DNA from: Sedimentisphaerales bacterium | GTDB taxonomy: Bacteria; Planctomycetota; Phycisphaerae; Sedimentisphaerales; Anaerobacaceae | Length of the DNA: 64,000 nucleotides | NCBI GenBank assembly: GCA_040772485.1 | Contig: JAXGYC010000007.1 | Location: forward strand, 1,088,001 to 1,152,000 | Direction of reading: 5' to 3' | Shown here: one piece after another, positions 1 through 8,164 of the stretch | Layout: every line of letters starts with the position of its first letter | Position numbering within the stretch: position 1 is the stretch's first letter | Notes under the pieces: generated by a model | The model's input: the letters and a program-made list of their open reading frames with translations, nothing else | What the model was told of the DNA's origin: nothing | The model's database searches: none | Program-made: the position numbers and the translations under genes

Positions 1-570
1 CAGGGCCACGTCACGATCTTTGTCCGCGACTTCGACGACAAGCTGCTCAACGGGCCCAACGACCTCTGGATCGCCCCCGACGGCGGTATCTACTTCACCG
101 ATCCGCTCTACAAGCGGCCTTACTGGAAGCGCGACCCCGCCATGCAGCAGGATGGCCAGCACGTCTACTACGTCACGCCGAGCCGCAAGAGCATCGTCCG
201 CGTCGCCGACGACCTCGTCCAGCCCAACGGCATCATCGGAACCCCCGACGGCAAGCTGCTCTACGTCGCCGACATCGGGGACCGCAAGACGTATCGATAC
301 ACGATCAACGCCGATGGTTCGCTCTCAGACCGGAAGCTCTTCTGCCCGATGGGCTCCGACGGCATGACGATCGACACCGAGGGCAACGTCTACCTGACCG
401 GACGAGGCGTCACGGTGTTCAATCCCGACGGCGAGAAGATCGAGCAGATCGACGTCAACAAGGGCTGGACCGCCAACGTCTGCTTCGGCGGCCCGGACCG
501 CCGGACCCTTTTCATCACCGCCTCGGATGCACTGTTCAGCATCGAGATGCGCGCCAGGGGCGCCTATTGA
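1..570 (+). CDS. SMP-30/gluconolactonase/LRE family protein (5' end outside window)
   Basis: Frame open from base 1 (QGHVTIFVRDFDDKLLNGPNDLWIAPDGGIYFTDP). Motifs PND, YFTDP, PNGIIGTPDGKLLYVAD, GSDGMTIDTEGNVY, ANVCFGG. Confidence 0.9.
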   Translation, partial: QGHVTIFVRDFDDKLLNGPNDLWIAPDGGIYFTDPLYKRPYWKRDPAMQQDGQHVYYVTPSRKSIVRVADDLVQPNGIIGTPDGKLLYVADIGDRKTYRYTINADGSLSDRKLFCPMGSDGMTIDTEGNVYLTGRGVTVFNPDGEKIEQIDVNKGWTANVCFGGPDRRTLFITASDALFSIEMRARGAY

Positions 571-600
571 CAACGGAACGGATGGGGAGATTGCAGCACC

Positions 601-1614
601 ATGAGAACACGAACGATCATAGCATTTTTGGCCCTGTTCAGTAGTATCGCCTCGGGGTCCGTAGCGCCCTTCGCTACCGAAGTCGTCGAAGTCAAGAAAA
701 TCTGGGACGACGCCGCCCACAACGCCTTTACGGATTTGGTCTGGTTCGGCGAGCAGTTCTATTGCGCTTTTCGCGAAGGACGCGGCCACGTCTCCGCCGA
801 CGGGCGGATTCGCGTGTTGCGTTCGGCCGATGCGGACGCCTGGACTTCGGCGGCCCTGATCTCGTTCCAGGGCTATGACTTCCGCGATGCGCACCTGTCG
901 ATCACGCCGGATGGCCGGCTGATGCTGATCGGCGGCGCTGCGCCGCGAAAGCAGGACGGCGAATCCGCACCCACCGGCAGCTTCGCATCGTTCTCGCAGG
1001 ACGGCACGACCTGGACCGAGCCCGTGATCGTCAGCCAGCCGGGGCGCTGGCTGTGGCGCGTCACCTGGCACGAGGGCAAGGCTTACGGCGTGTCGTACAC
1101 CGCCGGGGCCAATGGCGACCAGTACCTGTCCCTGCTGACCAGCACGGATGGGATCAAGTACGAGCCGCTCGTCGAGAGGCTGTTCGACAAGGGCTATCCG
1201 AACGAAACGACGCTGCGGTTCGCCCCCGACGGCACCTGCTATGCGCTGGTCCGCCGCGACAACTCGGGCGACGCGCCGAGCAGCACAATGCTTGGGATTG
1301 CCGGCCCCGGCTACACGCAGTGGAAATGGCACGACCTGGGGACCGAATTCAACGCCTTCGGCGGGCCCGACCTGATCCGGCTGCCCTCCGGCCGCTGGAT
1401 CGCCGCCGGACGCATGCACCAGGGCGGCGCCCACACCGCCTTGGCCGTCCTCGACGTCGAGAATAAGACGATGACCCGCCTGCTCGACCTGCCCAGCGGA
1501 GGCGACACCAGCTATCCCGGCCTGCTCTGGCGAAACGACCTGCTCTACGTCAGCTACTACTCCAGCCACCAGGGCAAAACCAGCATCTACCTCGCCAAAA
1601 TCCGATTCCCATAG
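601..1614 (+). CDS. Secreted BNR/Asp-box sialidase-like beta-propeller protein
   Basis: Signal peptide. HNAFTDL..F...YCAFREG start, Asp-box-like SxDGxTW repeats, GGDTSYPG and YVSYYSSH end. Confidence 0.8.
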   Translation: MRTRTIIAFLALFSSIASGSVAPFATEVVEVKKIWDDAAHNAFTDLVWFGEQFYCAFREGRGHVSADGRIRVLRSADADAWTSAALISFQGYDFRDAHLSITPDGRLMLIGGAAPRKQDGESAPTGSFASFSQDGTTWTEPVIVSQPGRWLWRVTWHEGKAYGVSYTAGANGDQYLSLLTSTDGIKYEPLVERLFDKGYPNETTLRFAPDGTCYALVRRDNSGDAPSSTMLGIAGPGYTQWKWHDLGTEFNAFGGPDLIRLPSGRWIAAGRMHQGGAHTALAVLDVENKTMTRLLDLPSGGDTSYPGLLWRNDLLYVSYYSSHQGKTSIYLAKIRFP

Positions 1615-1656
1615 CGTCTGCCCTGCATGCTGACACAGCCTCACAAGGCCCTGCCT

Positions 1657-1684
1657 TGTCATTCCGACCGCAGTGGAGGAATCT
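1657..1684. repeat. REP-like short palindrome TGTCATTCCGACCGCAGTGGAGGAATCT
   Basis: ATTCC (1661-1665) pairs with GGAAT (1678-1682) around an imperfect CCGC/GTGG stem, preceded by TGTC. A second hairpin (ACATCTGG/CCAGGTGT) follows at ~1702-1724. Confidence 0.6.
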
Positions 1685-1765
1685 TGTCATAGACGAGAAG
1701 CACATCTGGTCTGCGGCCAGGTGTCTCGACCGGCCCCGCCATGCGAGACTGCTCCTGCCGAAGCA

Positions 1766-2062
1766 CTATTCGAACCACCCGTCGCTGAGGTCATGCCAGT
1801 CCGGATTGTCTCGCGCAATCAGGGCCACCTTTTTCTCGCGCCGCCACCGTTTGATCTGCTTCTCCCGAGCGATGGCCGCGCATACGTCTCCAAAGACTTC
1901 AAAGTGGACCATACTGTCAATGTGGTATCGCTCGGTGAAACCCTGGACATCGCCCTGCTTGTGCTGCCACACCCGACGTTTGAGATTGTCGGTAACACCG
2001 ATGTAGAGCGTTCGCGAACGATTGGCCATGATATAGATATAATAGGTCTTGCTTCCAGGCAC
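1766..2062 (-). CDS. Small stand-alone GIY-YIG nuclease (YhbQ/UPF0213-like, 98 aa)
   Basis: YYIYIMAN..TLYIGVTDNLKRRVWQHK..FTERY..AIAREKQIKRWRREKK..NPDWHDL. GTG start chosen at 2062, 6 nt below a -10 box. Confidence 0.9.
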   Translation of the reverse strand: MPGSKTYYIYIMANRSRTLYIGVTDNLKRRVWQHKQGDVQGFTERYHIDSMVHFEVFGDVCAAIAREKQIKRWRREKKVALIARDNPDWHDLSDGWFE

Positions 2063-2068
2063 ACACCG

Positions 2069-2097
2069 ATTATGAGCTTCCGCCGCAGGCGAGGCAA
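2069..2097 (-). promoter_or_regulatory. sigma70-like promoter for the GIY-YIG gene (probably leaderless mRNA)
   Basis: Minus strand TTGCCT-N17-CATAAT, 6 nt before the GTG start, with no room for an SD. Confidence 0.55.
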
Positions 2098-2163
2098 GAT
2101 TTTGCCGGGCCGGGCGGGGTTGAGGCCAGGATTTCCGGTCCTGCGAAATTGCCCGGTTTCTGA

Positions 2164-2191
2164 TTGACAGGGGAGGCAAAGCGGGTATGAT
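2164..2191 (+). promoter_or_regulatory. sigma70-like promoter pointing into the repeat mosaic
   Basis: TTGACA (2164-2169)-N16-TATGAT (2186-2191). No credible CDS follows before 2956. Confidence 0.6.
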
Positions 2192-2195
2192 TGTC

Positions 2196-2900
2196 ATAGA
2201 ACTAATTTGAAGCAGGGCAGGAGGCCGGAGGCTGGAGGTTGCCATGGACGCATTTACGCTCCGACGCTTCTACGCATCTACGCGAGCCGTGCATACGAGG
2301 CGAGATACGAGATACGAGCAAAGCCTGTCCCGAGCGAAGCCGAGGGGAGACACCGCTCCCCGTGGACTGGAGGCCCGAGGCTGGAGGGTTGCATGAACGC
2401 ATCTGCGCTCCGACGCTTTTACGCATCTACGCGAGCCCCGCTCGCGCTGCGAGCGACGGGCAAAGCCTGCCCCGAGCGAAGCCGAGGGGAGGGACGAGCG
2501 ACACGCCTGGCCCGCAGGGCAGGCGTGCCAAACAAAGCCAATTTCGGCGTTTTTGGGCTGAAAATGCGGATCGGGACGAGAAGGCAAAGCCAATCCTGCG
2601 GCCGCCGGCGGCCGGAAGTTGGAGCGTAGATGCGTAGAAGCGTAGACGGGTAGGGAGGGCAAGGCGAATGTGCAAAACAAAGCCAAATTGTCAGGCTGGA
2701 GGCTGGAGGCTGGAGACCCGAGGCTGGAGGGTTCCTTCGGCGCATTTGTCCGAGCTCTGCCCACCATGCGGGTCACCGGACACGGGGCACGGGCCACGAA
2801 ATGCGAAACAGAGCCAATTCGGGAGGCCGGAGGGTTCCGCAAACGCATCTACGCTCCGACGCTTCTACGTTTCTACGCGAGCCCCGCTGCGCGGGGCTGC
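2196..2900 (+). repeat. Modular intergenic repeat mosaic (7-mer and 8-mer tandem tracts, CAAAGCC motifs, hairpins)
   Basis: A block of GGAGGCT heptads plus five ACGCWTCT-like octads starts at 2220, 2369 and 2822. Inverted octad tract at 2621-2647. CAAAGCCTGYCCCGAGCGAAGCCGAGGGGA at 2319 and 2461. TGCNAAACARAGCCAAWT at ~2526, 2671 and 2802. Confidence 0.9.
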
Positions 2901-2901
2901 C

Positions 2902-2930
2902 TTGCCGGCGGGCGAGGCGAGAGGTAGACT
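2902..2930 (+). promoter_or_regulatory. sigma70-like promoter for the downstream gluconolactonase gene
   Basis: TTGCCG-N17-TAGACT, followed by SD AAAGGAGG and ATG at 2956. Confidence 0.5.
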
Positions 2931-2955
2931 CAGTCAAAAACGAAAGGAGGCACCG

Positions 2956-3876
2956 ATGATGGCAAGGACACTGGCAATCGCGTTGGTGGTCGTGGCGGCG
3001 GGCGCGTGCGGCGCGCAGGACGTCGGCGTGGTGGCGCCGGGGGCCGAGGTGAAGAAGCTGGTGGGCGACTTCCAGTTCACCGAGGGTCCGGCGGCGGACG
3101 CCAGGGGCGACATCTACTTCACGGACATCCCGGACAACCGCATCCTCAAGTGGTCGGTCGAGGCCGGACAGCTCACCACGTTCCGAGAGAACTCGAACGG
3201 CGCCAACGGCCTGTACTTCGACAAGGCGGGCAACCTGCTGGTGTGCGAAGGCAAAAGCGACGCCGGCCGTCTGGTTTCGATCGCGCCCGACGGGACGCCG
3301 GCCGTGCTGGCCGACAAGTACGAGGGCAAGCCGTTCAACAGCCTCAACGACTTGTGGATCGACCCGAGGGGCGGCGTGTATTTCAGCGACCCGCGCTACG
3401 GCAACCGGGACAACCTGCCGCAGGACGGCGAGCACGTGTACTACCTGACGCCGGACCGCGCCAAGGTGATCCGCGTCATCAGTGACATGGTTCGGCCCAA
3501 CGGCCTGATCGGAACGCCCGACGGCAAGACGCTCTACGTCACCGACCACGGCGCGGACAAGACCTTCGCCTACGCGGTGAACGACGACGGCACGCTTGCG
3601 GACAAGAAGCTCTTCGCGCCCGAAGGCTCCGACGGCATGACCATCGACAGCCGGGGCAACGTCTACCTGACCAACCGCGTCGTCGCCATCTACGACCGCG
3701 ACGGCAAGAGGATCGCCGAGATCACGGTCCCTGAAGGTCCGTCCAATGTCACCTTTGGCGGACCCGGCCGAAGGACGCTGTTCATCACCGCACGCACGTC
3801 GCTTTACAGCATCGAGATGGCAATGCGAGGGGCCCGGACGCCCGTGACGCCAACGAGGCGACCGCGACAGCGATAA
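2956..3876 (+). CDS. Secreted SMP-30/gluconolactonase/LRE family protein
   Basis: SD AGGAGG, signal peptide, FQFTEGP, YFTDIP, NSLNDL, PNGLIGTPDG, GSDGMTID. Paralog of 1-570. The longer ORF-track start runs through the repeat. Confidence 0.9.
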   Translation: MMARTLAIALVVVAAGACGAQDVGVVAPGAEVKKLVGDFQFTEGPAADARGDIYFTDIPDNRILKWSVEAGQLTTFRENSNGANGLYFDKAGNLLVCEGKSDAGRLVSIAPDGTPAVLADKYEGKPFNSLNDLWIDPRGGVYFSDPRYGNRDNLPQDGEHVYYLTPDRAKVIRVISDMVRPNGLIGTPDGKTLYVTDHGADKTFAYAVNDDGTLADKKLFAPEGSDGMTIDSRGNVYLTNRVVAIYDRDGKRIAEITVPEGPSNVTFGGPGRRTLFITARTSLYSIEMAMRGARTPVTPTRRPRQR

Positions 3877-3902
3877 GGCAGCCTCCCTGCCGTGGATGTC
3901 CC

Positions 3903-5438
3903 TCAATCGGCGGGCGGCGGCTCGACTGCCTCTGTCTCGACATCGTGACGTCGTATCGAGCGAGGCAGCATCTGAGCCGCCAGCAGGAGAACCAGGCCCA
4001 GCCAGGCGGCAGAGGTAATCCAGGTGACAATCGCCGCGAGGATCAGCGCCAACCAAACAGCGAACTGGAGCGACGGCAGCGGCACGTCGCGGCGTGTCGC
4101 ATTGCGCCGCCAGCGTCGGACGCCCCACAGGGACGCCGCGATCTCGCCGGAGCCGACGACCAGAAAGGCAAGGACACCCGCATAGACGATCCAGGGAACC
4201 GACGGCGGCGCCTCTCTGCGGACAGGCATGAGCGGTCGCCTCGTCAGCGCGAAGAGCGTCGCGGCCTCGCCGAGATAGGGCGCATCGGAGAAGATCGAGA
4301 GCATTCGCGGCACGAGCAATGTCCCATCCGGCAGCGGCCAGGCGGCGAGCATGGCCTCAGCGCCGAGAGCGTATGCGCGGTCGGTGTCGCCCATCGCGCG
4401 GGTAGCGCCGGCGCCGAACGCGCTGGCGGCGACTCCGAAGCCGGCGACCACCGGTCCGGCGTCCACGTCGTTCATCGCGAACCAGCCGACCTCGATCCCT
4501 TTGGGATACTCGCGAAAGCCGGCCAGCCAGCGTCCCCGCTGCCAGAACCGGCTCTCGTACGTGTCGTACCAGAGCCGGGCCGTCTGGGGCCAGATCTGCG
4601 GCGCCCAGATCAGCATGAACGACAGTCCGACGCCCCGGGCGCTGTCGAGGGCCTGGCCCGTCCTTGAACTGACAACGTAGGCGGGCAATCCGGTGTGCAC
4701 GTCCAGGCGCGTGTCCTGAAAACCCCGAATGGCGCGGGCGACGAACGCGGAATGGTCCGTGCCCAGAACGGCGTCGGCACGCCGGATCGCCGCGACGGCC
4801 GGGACGATATCGACCGGGTAACATTGGCCGGGATAGTCATCCAGAAGCCCGAAAGGCGAGGCGTCCAGCTCAGCCGCCAGCGACTCGACCTGCGATCGCA
4901 GGAGGCCCTCATACTTCGCGTCGCCCAGCAGCTTCTGGTAGCTCGTCAGCGCGCTGATCAACAGCATGCGATAGAACAGGTTCTCGGTCTCGAGGTACTT
5001 GTCGCCCCAGTGCTGGCGGACCCAGCCGGCGTGGTTCGGGTCGGCCACGAGCGCCGTCGCCGCCGCGATCGCATCGCGGGCATAGTCCTTCGGCGCCGAT
5101 GGCGCGAGCCTCGGATTCTCCTCGAACACCTGTTGCAGGCTTTCGGTCGCCCAGAGATAGAAGACCGAGCCGAACAGCGGCCACTCCGTGCCGGCGATGT
5201 CGCTGGTGGTGAGTCGGCCGGCTATTCCCGACGCCACCCTGCGGCGGGCCCATTCGGCGTACCTGGGCGACAGCGCACGGTGCCAGCGCCAGACGCGACG
5301 CGGCACGGCCGAGCCGTCCAGCCCGGGGTCGTGGAGGCCGCGGATCACCGTCCCGGCCGGAAGAACGAAGACGTACACCGACAGGGCGATGATGACCAGC
5401 GCGTTGGTGTACACACAGACCGAGAGGCATTTCCGCAT
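3903..5438 (-). CDS. Membrane-anchored hypothetical protein, possible alpha/alpha-barrel (linalool dehydratase-like) domain
   Basis: N-terminal TM and 2-3 C-terminal TMs. Soluble domain has EWPLFGSVFYL, LLDDYPGQCYPVD, GFREYP and DVDAGPVV. The fold assignment is tentative. Confidence 0.7.
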   Translation of the reverse strand: MRKCLSVCVYTNALVIIALSVYVFVLPAGTVIRGLHDPGLDGSAVPRRVWRWHRALSPRYAEWARRRVASGIAGRLTTSDIAGTEWPLFGSVFYLWATESLQQVFEENPRLAPSAPKDYARDAIAAATALVADPNHAGWVRQHWGDKYLETENLFYRMLLISALTSYQKLLGDAKYEGLLRSQVESLAAELDASPFGLLDDYPGQCYPVDIVPAVAAIRRADAVLGTDHSAFVARAIRGFQDTRLDVHTGLPAYVVSSRTGQALDSARGVGLSFMLIWAPQIWPQTARLWYDTYESRFWQRGRWLAGFREYPKGIEVGWFAMNDVDAGPVVAGFGVAASAFGAGATRAMGDTDRAYALGAEAMLAAWPLPDGTLLVPRMLSIFSDAPYLGEAATLFALTRRPLMPVRREAPPSVPWIVYAGVLAFLVVGSGEIAASLWGVRRWRRNATRRDVPLPSLQFAVWLALILAAIVTWITSAAWLGLVLLLAAQMLPRSIRRHDVETEAVEPPPAD

Positions 5439-5721
5439 GCGAAACTCCACTTCCACCAGACCGCCGGCAAGACTATCGGTGCCCTGACCGCCTGTCAACG
5501 CGAATCCCCATCCTGCGCCCCGACATCGACAGGCCTCAAGCCGGAAGCCTCAGGCAATCTGGAATCGGGCCGGATCGCAGCCCACTTCTGACAGAGGCAC
5601 GACGCACCATGCACTGCGACGGGATTTGCATAACCTCAGTATTTCCAGCACCTTACACTAAGACGACTTCGCCAGACCCAAGCTGGCGACTCACCACTGC
5701 AAACGCCGACAAAGAGAACCC

Positions 5722-5750
5722 TTTACTAACACCTGCCACTGTGGTAAAAT
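5722..5750 (+). promoter_or_regulatory. sigma70-like promoter
   Basis: TTTACT-N17-TAAAAT with extended TG, ~140 nt upstream of ATG 5899. Confidence 0.45.
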
Positions 5751-5898
5751 AGGTAATATTCGGTATATGGGGATTCCTGTTTGTGACGGTGTCCCGGTGC
5801 AGGCCACGCTGTTTGGACGGCCTGATGTGCTTTCAGGGGGAACTGAATTCTCTTTCCGGCTTTAGTTTGCCGAAACCTTGGTAGGAGGTGAGCATACG

Positions 5899-6900
5899 AT
5901 GAAAGCGGCACGCGTACTGGGTCTGATGGGTTGTCTGCTGTTGCTGTCCGGCGCGGCGAATGCCGGCACCACCATCATCAAGAATACCCTCGACTACACT
6001 GCCAACGGAGACTTCGACGAACCCTGGTTCCTGCCTCCGGACGAGATAGCGGATCATTCGCCCTACCATCGGGGCATGTTGGAAGACTGGGGTTGGACAC
6101 ACAAGCTCCGAAACTACATCCCCTCCGACGCCTTGGGCATCCTCTCCGCCTACCTGACGATCAACGCCTGGGATGTCGACGCCAATGACCCGGAGGGCCC
6201 CGAAATCGACATCGTCTACGCCAACTCGATCCGGCTCGGCACCCTGGAGGACACGGGCGGACGTCAATGGAAGACCACTCGATTCGACCTGCCGCGCGAG
6301 GTCCTCGCCGACCTCTGGGCCGACGGCGAGGTCTACATCTTCATAGACATCGACAACGTGTGGGATTACGTCGGTCACCGCGTAACGCTGGGCTCTGCCA
6401 CTCTGACGGTGGAGTACGAAGTTTCCGGGGCGGGGACGCCGTCGCGTCTGACCGTCCACCGATTCTGGTCGCCGGCCTTGTCGAGCCACTTCTACACCGC
6501 CGATGAGAAGGAAAAGCAGGACTTGATCGACAAGCATGCCAAGGAATGGACGTACGAGGGCGTCGCTTTTCACGCCCTTCCGGCGGCATTCGAGCCGAAC
6601 AGCGCCCCGGTCTATCGCTTCTGGTCCAAACCTTTGAACACGCACTTCTATACGATCAGCGAAAGGGAACGAGACAAGCTTGTCGACCAGTTCTCCTACA
6701 CGTGGGCCTACGAGGGCGAGGTGTTCTGGGCCTATGCCGCCGGCAAACAACCGGCCGACACAATCCCGGTCTATCGCTTCTGGTCCGACGTCCTGCAGCG
6801 GCACTTCTATACCACGGATGAGGCGACGAAGGACAAGATGATCCTCGAGAATTCGGACGTCTGGATCTACGAACGCATCGCGTGGTACGCCTACGAATAG
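5899..6900 (+). CDS. Secreted protein with C-terminal DUF5648-type repeats
   Basis: SD AGGAGG, signal peptide, three repeats of V(H/Y)RFWS...HFYT...W.YE..AF/WY. Confidence 0.85.
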   Translation: MKAARVLGLMGCLLLLSGAANAGTTIIKNTLDYTANGDFDEPWFLPPDEIADHSPYHRGMLEDWGWTHKLRNYIPSDALGILSAYLTINAWDVDANDPEGPEIDIVYANSIRLGTLEDTGGRQWKTTRFDLPREVLADLWADGEVYIFIDIDNVWDYVGHRVTLGSATLTVEYEVSGAGTPSRLTVHRFWSPALSSHFYTADEKEKQDLIDKHAKEWTYEGVAFHALPAAFEPNSAPVYRFWSKPLNTHFYTISERERDKLVDQFSYTWAYEGEVFWAYAAGKQPADTIPVYRFWSDVLQRHFYTTDEATKDKMILENSDVWIYERIAWYAYE

Positions 6901-6932
6901 CCCGGCATCGAACGCCGTCTCCCGGCTCGTAG

Positions 6933-8069
6933 TTACGGAGCCAGGAAGCGCTCGAAGAAAACGTAGATCTGAGCGTTGGACTCGGCGGTCGGGTCGTGCG
7001 CAGGCCGGTTCGTCATTGCGACGCGATCTGAGTGCCCCAGGAGTCGGTTGACCTCAACGGCGTGATTGAGAGCCTGCCAGCGTTTGGGCGGGTCCTCGGC
7101 GCCGCCGGACACGAGAAATGGACGCGGCGCCATCAGTGCGTGCAACTCGTGCAGGTCGCGGCCCGTCTCCACCATCCGCTTGTAGGGACCGGTGCGAGGA
7201 CTCGCTTCGCGGATAACGCCCCGCTGCCGCTGCACCTTCGCGTCCCAGCCGAGATACCACGGCTCCCAGTAGTTGACGTTGGGTCGCGTCTCGTCGAAGA
7301 CAATCCCCGGGTCCGACCACGCCGCACAGGCGAACTTGTCATAGAGGCACGAGGCAAACATCGCCCACTTGCCGCCGTACGAATGGCCGACGATCCCAAT
7401 TCGGTAGGGATCAACGTCGGGGCGATTCGCCAGCGCGGTGTGGCAGTTGGCCGCCACGTAGGCCAGCGCCGAAAGCGGCTGGAGCGGAGGCTGCCCTTCC
7501 GGCACATCCCAGAGCGGCTTGTATGGGGCATTGAGACTGGCGAACGCCGGCGTCCCGATCGACAGAGCCACGAAACCTCGCCGGGCCAACTGGTAGCCGA
7601 AGTCGCGCAGCTCCTTGCCCAGCCCGGCGCCGGTTTCGGCGTCGTAGTAGACCACGAGCACCGCAGGAAACGGCCCCTGGCCCTTGGGGACGAGCAGGTA
7701 ACCAGCCACAGTCTGATCACCCGGCGCGATCTCGACAGTGACCTTGTGTTGGGTCAAATCGTCTCGCCGCGTCTCGTCCAGGTATTGGACCTTCGGGTTC
7801 TCGATCAGCGGGGGCCAGAAACCGGTCAGCTCCCGCCATGCCGCGAGAATCTCCTCACGCCTCCGCCGCCAGTCGTCAACCGTGCGGACGTGTAAGCCAT
7901 CGTTGAACTCCAGGACAGATCGATAGGCGCCGAAATCGCTCGCGAACGCCGCAGGCGGTGCAAAGAACGGGCGGAGGGTCTCCGGGACATCTCCGTTGGC
8001 AAGCGGATGCGCACCGCTGCCACCCAATGCCATGGACAGCAAGCCAAACAGACGCAGCAGCAAGGACAT
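6933..8069 (-). CDS. Secreted alpha/beta hydrolase (dienelactone hydrolase / acetyl esterase-like)
   Basis: GPFPAVLVV, IGIVGHSYGGKWA nucleophile elbow, ALMAPRPFLV, C-terminal His. Confidence 0.85.
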   Translation of the reverse strand: MSLLLRLFGLLSMALGGSGAHPLANGDVPETLRPFFAPPAAFASDFGAYRSVLEFNDGLHVRTVDDWRRRREEILAAWRELTGFWPPLIENPKVQYLDETRRDDLTQHKVTVEIAPGDQTVAGYLLVPKGQGPFPAVLVVYYDAETGAGLGKELRDFGYQLARRGFVALSIGTPAFASLNAPYKPLWDVPEGQPPLQPLSALAYVAANCHTALANRPDVDPYRIGIVGHSYGGKWAMFASCLYDKFACAAWSDPGIVFDETRPNVNYWEPWYLGWDAKVQRQRGVIREASPRTGPYKRMVETGRDLHELHALMAPRPFLVSGGAEDPPKRWQALNHAVEVNRLLGHSDRVAMTNRPAHDPTAESNAQIYVFFERFLAP

Positions 8070-8090
8070 GGCCGGACTCCCACACACGCC

Positions 8091-8148
8091 AAAAAAGAAA
8101 GGCCCGACGGCTGGAGCGATGTCCGGCTCATCGGGCCCTGGATGTCAA
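8091..8148 (-). terminator. Probable intrinsic terminator after the oxidoreductase pair
   Basis: GGCCCGA...TCGGGCC stem followed by TTTCTTTTTT on the minus strand. Confidence 0.55.
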
Positions 8149-8164
8149 TCACGCCATCCCCGCG

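Noticed and set aside
2196..2900. CRISPR array
   Set aside because: Repeat spacing is irregular (52-142 bp between CAAAGCC cores), the intervening segments are themselves repetitive, and no cas genes are in the window.
2202..2927. Overlapping ORFs in the repeat region (RIYAPTLLRIYAS, ACPERSRG, NKANF peptides)
   Set aside because: They are translations of DNA repeats, open in most frames, with no SD and no protein-like composition.
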